Below are positions 30,001 to 40,800 of a stretch of 64,000 bases of DNA, in pieces. The stretch comes from Auanema rhodensis (taxonomy: Eukaryota > Animalia > Nematoda): NCBI GenBank assembly GCA_964057225.1, contig CAXKVF010000094.1, forward strand, positions 1 to 64,000, read 5' to 3'. Below the pieces are notes generated by a model that was not told the origin of the DNA, did no database searches, and saw nothing but the letters and a program-made list of their open reading frames with translations. The position numbers and the translations under genes were made by a program. The first letter of the stretch is position 1. The number at the start of each line of letters is the position of its first letter.

Positions 30001-33000
30001 GGACATGGGGAATCTAATTTTGAAAACCGCATCTCTTTATCTTTCACGTGAAGCGAGTTACATACCAAGTGCACATCACGTGTACATTTAATTAGCATAA
30101 ATTAAAGTTCACGTAAATTTCAAAGTCATGGTTACCATGAACCAATATCAATAAAAATTTGTTTTTAGACTAATATAGACATGGGGAATCTAATTTTGAA
30201 AACCGCATCTCTTTATCTTTCACGTGAAGCGAGTTACATACCAAGTGCACATCACGTGTACATTTAATTAGCATAAATTAAAGTTCACGTAAATTTCAAA
30301 GTCATGGTTACCATGCACCAATATCAATAAAAATTTGTTTTTAGACTAATATGGACATGGGGAATCTAATTTTGAAAACCGCATCTCTTTATCTTTCACG
30401 TGAAGCGAGTTACATACCAAGTGCACATCACGTGTACATTTAATTAGCATAAATTAAAGTTCACGTAAATTTCAAAGTCATGGTTACCATGAACCAATAT
30501 CAATAAAAATTTGTTTTTAGACTAATATGGACATGGGGAATCTAATTTTGAAAACCGCATCTCTTTATCTTTCACGTGAAGCGAGTTACATACCAAGTGC
30601 ACATCACGTGTACATTTAATCAGCATAAATTAAAGTTCACGTAAATTTCAAAGTCATGGTTACCATGCACCAATATCAATAAAAATTTGTTTTTAGACTA
30701 ATATGGACATGGGGAATCTAATTTTGAAAACCGCATCTCTTTATCTTTCACGTGAAGCGAGTTACATACCAAGTGCACATCACGTGTACATTTAATTAGC
30801 ATAAATTAAAGTTCACGTAAATTTCAAAGTCATGGTTACCATGCACCAATATCAATAAAAATTTGTTTTTAGACTAATATGGACATGGGGAATCTAATTT
30901 TGAAAACCGCATCTCTTTATCTTTCACGTGAAGCGAGTTACATACCAAGTGCACATCACGTGTACATTTAATTAGCATAAATTAAAGTTCACGTAAATTT
31001 CAAAGTCATGGTTACCATGCACCAATATCAATAAAAATTCGTTTTTAGACTAATATGGACATGGGGAATCTAATTTTGAAAACCGCATCTCTTTATCTTT
31101 CACGTGAAGCGAGTTACATACCAAGTGCACATCACGTGTACATTTAATTAGCATAAATTAAAGTTCACGTAAATTTCAAAGTCATGGTTACCATGAACCA
31201 ATATCAATAAAAATTTGTTTTTAGACTAATATGGACATGGGGAATCTAATTTTGAAAACCGCATCTCTTTATCTTTCACGTGAAGCGAGTTACATACCAA
31301 GTGCACATCACGTGTACATTTAATTAGCATAAATTAAAGTTCACGTAAATTTCAAAGTCATGGTTACCATGAAGCAATATCAATAAAAATTTGTTTTTAG
31401 ACTAATATGGACATGGGGAATCTAATTTTGAAAACCGCATCTCTTTATCTTTCACGTGAAGCGAGTTACATACCAAGTGCACATCACGTGTACATTTAAT
31501 TAGCATAAATTAAAGTTCACGTAAATTTCAAAGTCATGGTTACCATGAACCAATATCAATAAAAATTTGTTTTTAGACTAATATGGACATGGGGAATCTA
31601 ATTTTGAAAACCGCATCTCTTTATCTTTCACGTGAAGCGAGTTACATACCAAGTGCACATCACGTGTACATTTAATTAGCATAAATTAAAGTTCACGTAA
31701 AATTCAAAGTCATGGTTACCATGCACCAATATCAATAAAAATTTGTTTTTAGACTAATATGGACATGGGGAATCTAATTTTGAAAACCGCATCTCTTTAT
31801 CTTTTACGTGAAGCGAGTTACATACCAAGTGCACATCACGTGTACATTTAATTAGCATAAATTAAAGTTCACGTAAATTTCAAAGTCATGGTTACCATGA
31901 ACCAATATCAATAAAAATTTGTTTTTAGACTAATATGGACATGGGGAATCTAATTGTGAAAACCGCATCTCTTTATCTTTCACGTGAAGCGAGTTACATA
32001 CCAAGTGCACATCACGTGTACATTTAATTAGCATAAATTAAAGTTCACGTAAATTTCAAAGTCATGGTTACCATGAACCAATATCAATAAAAATTTGTTT
32101 TTAGACTAATATGGACATGGGGAATCTAATTTTGAAAACCGCATCTCTTTATCTTTCACGTGAAGCGAGTTACATACCAAGTGCACATCACGTGTACATT
32201 TAATTAGCATAAATTAAAGTTCACGTAAATTTCAAAGTCATGGTTACCATGAACCAATATCAATAAAAATTTGTTTTTAGACTAATATGGACATGGGGAA
32301 TCTAATTGTGAAAACCGCATCTCTTTATCTTTTACGTGAAGCGAGTTACATACCAAGTGCACATCACGTGTACATTTAATTAGCATAAATTAAAGTTCAC
32401 GTAAATTTCAAAGTCATGGTTACCATGAACCAATATCAATAAAAATTTGTTTTTAGACTAATATGGACATGGGGAATCTAATTTTGAAAACCGCATCTCT
32501 TTATCTTTCACGTGAAGCGAGTTACATACCAAGTGCACATCACGTGTACATTTAATCAGCATAAATTAAAGTTCACGTAAATTTCAAAGTCATGGTTACC
32601 ATGCACCAATATCAATAAAAATTTGTTTTTAGACTAATATGGACATGGGGAATCTAATTTTGAAAACCGCATCTCTTTATCTTTCACGTGAAGCGAGTTA
32701 CATACCAAGTGCACATCACGTGTACATTTAATTAGCATAAATTAAAGTTCACGTAAATTTCAAAGTCATGGTTACCATGAACCAATATCAATAAAAATTT
32801 GTTTTTAGACTAATATGGACATGGGGAATCTAATTTTGAAAACCGCATCTCTTTATCTTTCACGTGAAGCGAGTTACATACCAAGTGCACATCACGTGTA
32901 CATTTAATTAGCATAAATTAAAGTTCACGTAAATTTCAAAGTCATGGTTACCATGCACCAATATCAATAAAAATTTGTTTTTAGACTAATATGGACATGG

Positions 33001-35533
33001 GGGATCTAATTTTGAAAACCGCATCTCTTTATCTTTCACGTGAAGCGAGTTACATACCAAGTGCACATCACGTGTACATTTAATTAGCATAAATTAAAGT
33101 TCACGTAAATTTCAAAGTCATGGTTACCATGAACCAATATCAATAAAAATTTGTTTTTAGACTAATATGGACATGGGGAATCTAATTTTGAAAACCGCAT
33201 CTCTTTATCTTTCACGTGAAGCGAGTTACATACCAAGTGCACATCACGTGTACATTTAATTAGCATAAATTAAAGTTCACGTAAATTTCAAAGTCATGGT
33301 TACCATGCACCAATATCAATAAAAATTTGTTTTTAGACTAATATGGACATGGGGAATCTAATTTTGAAAACCGCATCTCTTTATCTTTTACGTGAAGCGA
33401 GTTACATACCAAGTGCACATCACGTGTACATTTAATTAGCATAAATTAAAGTTCACGTAAATTTCAAAGTCATGGTTACCATGAACCAATATCAATAAAA
33501 ATTTGTTTTTAGACTAATATGGACATGGGGAATCTAATTTTGAAAACCGCATCTCTTTATCTTTCACGTGAAGCGAGTTACATACCAAGTGCACATCACG
33601 TGTACATTTAATCAGCATAAATTAAAGTTCACGTAAATTTCAAAGTCATGGTTACCATGCACCAATATCAATAAAAATTTGTTTTTAGACTAATATGGAC
33701 ATGGGGAATCTAATTTTGAAAACCGCATCTCTTTATCTTTCACGTGAAGCGAGTTACATACCAAGTGCACATCACGTGTACATTTAATCAGCATAAATTA
33801 AAGTTCACGTAAATTTCAAAGTCATGGTTACCATGCACCAATATCAATAAAAATTTGTTTTTAGACTAATATGGACATGGGGAATCTAATTTTGAAAACC
33901 GCATCTCTTTATCTTTCACGTGAAGCGAGTTACATACCAAGTGCACATCACGTGTACATTTAATTAGCATAAATTAAAGTTCACGTAAATTTCAAAGTCA
34001 TGGTTACCATGCACCAATATCAATAAAAATTTGTTTTTAGACTAATATGGACATGGGGAATCTAATTTTGAAAACCGCATCTCTTTATCTTTCACGTGAA
34101 GCGAGTTACATACCAAGTGCACATCACGTGTACATTTAATTAGCATAAATTAAAGTTCACGTAAATTTCAAAGTCATGGTTACCATGCACCAATATCAAT
34201 AAAAATTTGTTTTTAGACTAATATGGACATGGGGAATCTAATTTTGAAAACCGCATCTCTTTATCTTTTACGTGAAGCGAGTTACATACCAAGTGCACAT
34301 CACGTGTACATTTAATTAGCATAAATTAAAGTTCACGTAAATTTCAAAGTCATGGTTACCATGAACCAATATCAATAAAAATTTGTTTTTAGACTAATAT
34401 GGACATGGGGAATCTAATTTTGAAAACCGCATCTCTTTATCTTTCACGTGAAGCGAGTTACATACCAAGTGCACATCACGTGTACATTTAATTAGCATAA
34501 ATTAAAGTTCACGTAAATTTCAAAGTCATGGTTACCATGAACCAATATCAATAAAAATTTGTTTTTAGACTAATATGGACATGGGGAATCTAATTTTGAA
34601 AACCGCATCTCTTTATCTTTCACGTGAAGCGAGTTACATACCAAGTGCACATCACGTGTACATTTAATTAGCATAAATTAAAGTTCACGTAAATTTCAAA
34701 GTCATGGTTACCATGCACCAATATCAATAAAAATTTGTTTTTAGACTAATATGGACATGGGGAATCTAATTTTGAAAACCGCATCTCTTTATCTTTCACG
34801 TGAAGCGAGTTACATACCAAGTGCACATCACGTGTACATTTAATTAGCATAAATTAAAGTTCACGTAAATTTCAAAGTCATGGTTACCATGAACCAATAT
34901 CAATAAAAATTTGTTTTTAGACTAATATGGACATGGGGAATCTAATTTTGAAAACCGCATCTCTTTATCTTTCACGTGAAGCGAGTTACATACCAAGTGC
35001 ACATCACGTGTACATTTAATCAGCATAAATTAAAGTTCACGTAAATTTCAAAGTCATGGTTACCATGCACCAATATCAATAAAAATTTGTTTTTAGACTA
35101 ATATGGACATGGGGAATCTAATTTTGAAAACCGCATCTCTTTATCTTTCACGTGAAGCGAGTTACATACCAAGTGCACATCACGTGTACATTTAATTAGC
35201 ATAAATTAAAGTTCACGTAAATTTCAAAGTCATGGTTACCATGCACCAATATCAATAAAAATTTGTTTTTAGACTAATATGGACATGGGGAATCTAATTT
35301 TAAAAACCGCATCTCTTTATCTTTCACGTGAAGCGAGTTACATACCAAGTGCACATCACGTGTACATTTAATTAGCATAAATTAAAGTTCACGTAAATTT
35401 CAAAGTCATGGTTACCATGCACCAATATCAATAAAAATTCGTTTTTAGACTAATATGGACATGGGGAATCTAATTTTGAAAACCGCATCTCTTTATCTTT
35501 CACGTGAAGCGAGTTACATACCAAGTGCACATC
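1..35533. repeat. 176-bp tandem satellite array, left arm (201 complete monomers plus 160 bp of the interrupted monomer)
   Basis: Monomer AGCATAAATTAAAGTTCACG...CACGTGTACATTTAATT recurs at 1, 177, 353, 881 etc. Copies usually differ by only 0-3 substitutions. Three 175-bp monomers (GGGG>GGG near 13644, 16810, 25434) account exactly for the register shift seen at 35198. Confidence 0.99.
35530..35533 (+). other. Target-site duplication CATC (left copy; right copy 47605-47608)
   Basis: The empty monomer reads GTGCA-CATC-ACGTG; here it reads GTGCA-CATC-[element]-CATC-ACGTG. Confidence 0.95.
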
Positions 35534-35551
35534 CGTTCCATTCGGAGACTC

Positions 35552-35557
35552 TATATA
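35552..35557 (+). promoter_or_regulatory. Candidate LTR TATA box
   Basis: TATATA 18 nt into the LTR, just before a GC-richer structured segment. Other TATA-like strings exist in the LTR, so the assignment is uncertain. Confidence 0.35.
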
Positions 35558-35764
35558 TGTAACTGCAGGGTTAGAGCCAGACCGACTAGAGGAATGAGGA
35601 ATGGCACCGCCTTCCCTCATGCCCCTATTCGGGAGTTCGCCCCTTTGCAAGCCCATGGACGGTTTGCATCTAACTTAGTTAATCTTATATATTAGTCTTT
35701 GTCTTGTAAATGTAGTTTACTTTATACTTGTGTTATTGTATTGTAATGATATTGTATTGTGTAT

Positions 35765-35770
35765 AATAAA
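35765..35770 (+). promoter_or_regulatory. Candidate LTR polyadenylation signal (functional copy expected at 47470-47475)
   Basis: AATAAA inside the LTR, in a T/GT-rich context. Confidence 0.55.
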
Positions 35771-35899
35771 CCTATATATTTCCTTATCTTATGTAATCCT
35801 TATGCTCTGTTTCCATACCGCTACACTTATGGAATACTATACGCGTAGTTGAGCAGACTACAATGGTCTGTTCAATATACGTAGGAGCATAATGGAACG

Positions 35900-35912
35900 T
35901 GGAGGTTCCACC
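35900..35912 (+). promoter_or_regulatory. Primer-binding site, complementary to the 3' end of tRNA-Gln
   Basis: TGGAGGTTCCACC directly abuts the 5' LTR and is the reverse complement of ...GGTGGAACCT-CCA, the conserved 3' end of metazoan tRNA-Gln (recalled, not searched). Confidence 0.85.
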
Positions 35913-36875
35913 TCGAACTCATTTTTGTCGCAAAAACTCGCATAAAAAGTCCATATTTTGATATCTAAATTAAAACTTCCTCCACGGTTAGCAACATAAT
36001 GAGGGCGCCAACTTGTATAAGGTGCAGGTACAAGGGATCTCTCTTTTAGAGAGCTAGGACTATATAATTTTGAAATTTCACCCGCTGTCCCCACTCATAA
36101 AACCGTCTGAGTGTCCACCCTTATAATACCGTATCCTGCACCGCTTCTCTTGCATTTTTTTTTGAGGACGTTTGGATCGAAATAGGGGACAATTTCACCA
36201 AACGAAATTTTGATTACATTATTATTTGGCAACGAGGAGTTAGAATGAAATTTTGAAAGCGCACAAAGTTTAATATTTTATTGTGGTCAGGACTAGAGAT
36301 TTGAAAGTTAAATTCAGGCGTAAAAGAGCATGCTAACTAAATATTTTTGCGGGAGCCGTTATTCGGTTTTTATTTTTTTTTGATTGTGAGAATAGACCAC
36401 ACTAGTCCGAAAAATCCTGGCACAAATTTTATTGCCTGTCAGGTCATTTTGGCGAAAGCACATGGGCTACGGATGTTTTCTTCTCCGTAGAATGTGTCAC
36501 CTTCCTCAGCTCATTTTTGTTGCTAACATCATAAGATATTCCCACACACCTACCGTAGTATTCATATTGTAATATTCTATAAATTAGTACAATGGTTTAA
36601 AGAAAAATTGCGTTTTATAAACGAGCTTTGGTCTCAGTCCATTAGTAAAATGAGCAATCTTTTTAAATATTCTCGGAATCTCATTAGCATGCCAAAATCA
36701 TTCCGAAAAAGAATCGCCCACGGCTTTTAATAATCAACGTGCACATGAGCCATTTTCCCAAGGCGCACGCACTCCTTCTTTATTAATAAGCTCGACCAAA
36801 GTTTGTGTTATGGAAAAAAAAAGAGAGAGAGAACAAATGAGTGAAATTAAGTATTTATTATATATGAAACAATTG

Positions 36876-37472
36876 TTAAAAGCCCCATTTAAAATGCAAC
36901 TGTCTCACAAATTCTATAGGCTGTGAGATGGGCTCATTGCTAGGCTCTAAATACTGCGAATACACTGAATCCGCAGAGGTCCTTAGCAATAAGCCCATAG
37001 GAGACTGTTCATAAAACAAATAAATTTTAAACAAAATTTTAGACATATAATCATAAAAATCATGAGGCTTATGCTCATACCAATTCCAAGGGGATGCGAT
37101 TAAATTGGGGTTTTCATACCAATGCGCACACAAATCGGTGAGGCACCATCGCCCAATAGCTGCAACCTCATCCGCTATTTCTTGCATTAGGGAGAAATTC
37201 ACTAATCCCCTCCCCAGATAATGCATTTTTAAATCCTCGATAAACTAAAATTTTTTTTTATTATTATTAATATAACATGTTTCTTTGTTTTAACCAACCA
37301 TCTTAATCATGTCTGGGTGAGGCCTATAAGCTAACACTTCGTCTTGATCATACAAGACGAGGTCAGCGTACAGCTTTCTCAAGACAAAAGTCATTCCCGA
37401 TAGACCTTCATAAGCCATTCTTTGATTTTTTTTTCCTTCTTCAGCTCTACAAATATAAAGAATCTTATGCAT
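36876..37472 (-). CDS. Spliced antisense accessory gene of unknown function (exons 37472-37299 and 37244-36876, 180 aa; a possible further upstream exon 37767-37731 would give 199 aa)
   Basis: A 54-nt AT-rich intron, 37298-37245 (ATG|GTTGGT...AATTTTAG|TTT), joins the 60-aa and 116-aa ORFs in frame (..MIKM|FIEDLKMHYL..). An AATAAA lies 16 nt after the stop on the minus strand (36859-36854). Confidence 0.65.
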
Positions 37473-37832
37473 AAAAAGGGGACATAAAACGACTGAAAAT
37501 CTCTCTCATACTTTCAAGAATTCAATTAGAGTAAAGTATTAAGATTGAGGCTGGAAAGAGCGAAGACCAACAAAATTTATAATTGATGAACATCTGTGAA
37601 AAAGAATAAAGAAAAGAGAATACGGTAGATAGGCGGAGCCAGATCTCAGGCCAAGATTTTAAAACTCTTTCTCATCTAATAACGATTCTCGGCGAAAGAC
37701 GCCACGTCTCAATCTTCAAACTTTTCTTACTTTTCCCTATAACCGACCTGAATTTCTTGTCACTCATTCAACGTCAACATCCCCCATATAACGAAACACT
37801 CGCGGTTTTTCCAAACCAAGAGTGATTCCAAA

Positions 37833-40800
37833 GTGGCACGAAGATACTCTTCGGCCGTCCCTGCTCTATACCCTTCTGAGTCCAGTGACGACATCGCAGT
37901 CGCCAGTCGAACCAGAAGCCGCACTCGACTCCTCAGTGTTCAGATTGAAGAGCCTGAACAAGAGGTAAAACCCAAAGTCGAGAAAACCTTCATTCCTCGA
38001 GAAGGCACGTATTCACCTCCGGACAACACCGAGGAGGACCCTGATTTCTATATTCAGGACTACAATATTCAAACTTCAGCTTCAACTCCAAAGGTACACT
38101 CTTTTAAAAGTAATAAAAAGATTCAAAAAATTCAAAAACCAAAACAAATAACCTCTAATACTTCACCAGCCACCCCCCACCTAAACTTATCAACTTTATC
38201 AGTTAATACTGATAACGATCTTTCATCTTCTTTTGAACTAACTCTAACACCGCAGGCATTTTCCACTCCGATAGAAAACTCACAACTTAATAAAACCTCA
38301 TCTCTCACTATTCGCAAATCACCCTTATCAGTTGTCACTGATAAGCTTGATTCGAAAAAGCTTGATTCTAAAAAGATTAATAAAAGAAAAACTAATACAC
38401 CGCGTAGGCGCTCAACCTCTAATAATCCCGTAGAACCAAATCAGGAAATTACCGAAGTTTTGCCCTTATCACTAACTACTGATAAGTTCAAAAGTAAGAA
38501 ATCTTTAACAGCTCGCTTAATAAAAGTTTTGAATTTGTCTCCAGGGGAGGTAACAACAGAACAAGTTGATAACTCTCTTCACGTATCCTCCAACCCAACC
38601 CTTAATAAGTCAGATAGCGCTATACCCAGCTCAAGCGTTTCAATACATTCGACGCCTCAGGCAACGAGTCGAGTTATCAAACTCCCAGGGAAGCGGTTCT
38701 CCTCAGCCGCCCCTACCATTAGTTATCCAACATCTGGTAACTCGAAAAAGGGAGGTAAGAACTTAACGGCGAGAAGCTCAGGCAGTAAAGGGATTACGTC
38801 ATCTCGCACATACCCTGAGGATATACCAACCATGACGGAGACACCACGTCTTCCGGGAGCTGGTAAATCTACCATTGCGCACGCATTAAGCTCACCTTAT
38901 TGCCCCATATACGACGGAAGTCGTAACTTTAGAGATTTCGTGGCAAAGTTTAATACCTTTTCTAACGCCTTAGGCTTAGTGATGCCCGAAAGACTAACTA
39001 TTTTACCATTACTATTGAAAAATGATAGAGCAGAGGAAGCTTATTTAGAGCTACCTGACAAGGTCAGAACAGCTGGACCTTGGGTTACCCTAATAGAAGA
39101 GTTAACATCCAAGCTGTGTCCCGAATACAATCAAGACCCTGCCCTTATCACACTTCAAAACAGCACTCAAGGCGATTTATCAATTGATGGTTTTGCACAA
39201 ACGTTAAGAAACCTCAGCTTAAATGCTTTCTCTAATAGTGATACTCATAAAGATCACATTCTGAGGTCCACATTTTTGAGAGGCTTGAAAAATACGATAC
39301 GCCCAGGGGTAATTCGAGCAAAACCCAAAACTTTTGCTGAGGCCGTTGATAGTGCTCGCTGGGAGGAATCAATTGCAAACCAAGTAGCAGACCCTCAGGC
39401 GCTATTGGTTAACGCAATTGAAAGAACTTTCCCCCCGCGCAGAAACAATGGTGGGAGAGGTATGGCAAGAGGTTATCAATCTTTTAATAATAAAAATTAT
39501 CAAAATTATAATAATTATAACAATTATCATCCAAACTTTCAAAACAATCAAAATTATCATAAATTTTCAAAAAATCAAAAAGGCTGGAATTTCCAAAACC
39601 CATTTGCTAGGAACCGCAATTTTGGTGACCGCGGTCGAAATTATCAGAATCAAAATCAAAATGGGTATCAAAGAAGCCACAATGCATCACAAAATCAAGA
39701 AATGAGCAATAATAGACAGAGAAATAACAGTACCTTTAGGGGAAATAACAACAATAGAGGCAGAGGTAGAGGCTCAAGAGTCAATAATTTGACTCTGATA
39801 TCTCCTTTGACTTTAGCCGTAGCTTTATCAGTAATCTTATCACTGGTTACAACAGCTGAAGCATACCAGCTATGTACTAAAGCTACTGGAGGAGCCCTTC
39901 TCCGTCCCCCATCTCTCCGAAAATGCTTATTACCACCAATAAAGCATATCTTACGAACAAAAGTTCATCTTTATACAAGGAATCAAACGGCACATGAATG
40001 GGATGCATGGAGATGCTCCAAAGAAATTCATAAAATGTGTATCAGAGACCTTTTGTTCCTTAGAGATACCAATACAACGATAGCGAGAATTGAAAAGATA
40101 CCAGCTGCAGAATGCAGACTGGCAGTGAGAGATAGAAGATGGAATTGGAGTGAAATAAAGAAGATCGACAGCATAACATATGCAACTGACGAGCCTTCCT
40201 TCTCGCCAGGCCGATCTTTTAATAATGAACTATGTGAAGAGAAAGCCAGATTGGTTATCGAAAGAGGGGTTATGACACGGATGCCAGATGAAACTATAAT
40301 CTCCAATTTAATACTAAATACTGAAGGATGCTTAGCGCATCATGGAGAATGTGCATCAGATACCTCAATCATCATATGGGAGAAACAGCCTTATGAATAT
40401 CGATGCAACTATATCGACATGAGTGAATATGATGCGATAATTGGAGACGGCATTATTCTGTTACCAACCACTCAATCAGCCCTTGTAATCGATCAAAAAG
40501 AGATACCGAAGCAAATATCTTCTTGTTTTAAACAGCCAATCTTCCACACCACAACTGGCAATTACATTCTCTTACCACAGTACCCAAATGACACCAATAT
40601 CCATGTTTTAATAGAGAGAGAATATAAGAAACTTCCGGCGAAAAGAGATAAAAGAGCAATTGCGGAATGCACGGTTGAATTAAACAAGGAGTGGATACAA
40701 AAACAGGAAGATTTTGAAACTTTAATATTAAATATTTGTCCTTATCCTTTCTTACGACCGGTGATGAGTAATCCTGGTATTTATCAGATAATACCGCTTA

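Larger units (their letters stand above)
35534..35899 (+). repeat. 5' LTR (366 bp)
   Basis: Starts CGTTCCATT and ends AATGGAACG (9-bp terminal inverted repeat). Identical by eye to 47239-47604; the flanking bases differ on both sides, which fixes the boundaries. Confidence 0.97.

Noticed and set aside
1-35533. CRISPR array or a repetitive coding gene
   Set aside because: There are no unique spacers, the unit length is not a multiple of 3, and the frames are closed.
35450-35695. Short ORFs across the satellite/LTR junction (and 47170-47361 at the 3' LTR)
   Set aside because: Chance frames spanning junctions between unrelated sequences.
35800-35892. Hammerhead ribozyme in the LTR three-way junction
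   Set aside because: The conserved CUGAnGA and GAAA core is not present.
35858-36094. 78-aa minus-strand ORF over the PBS/LTR, plus an ATG-less ~65-codon plus-strand frame near 36530-36730
   Set aside because: Non-ATG starts, no convincing splice sites or motifs; cannot be supported without homologues.
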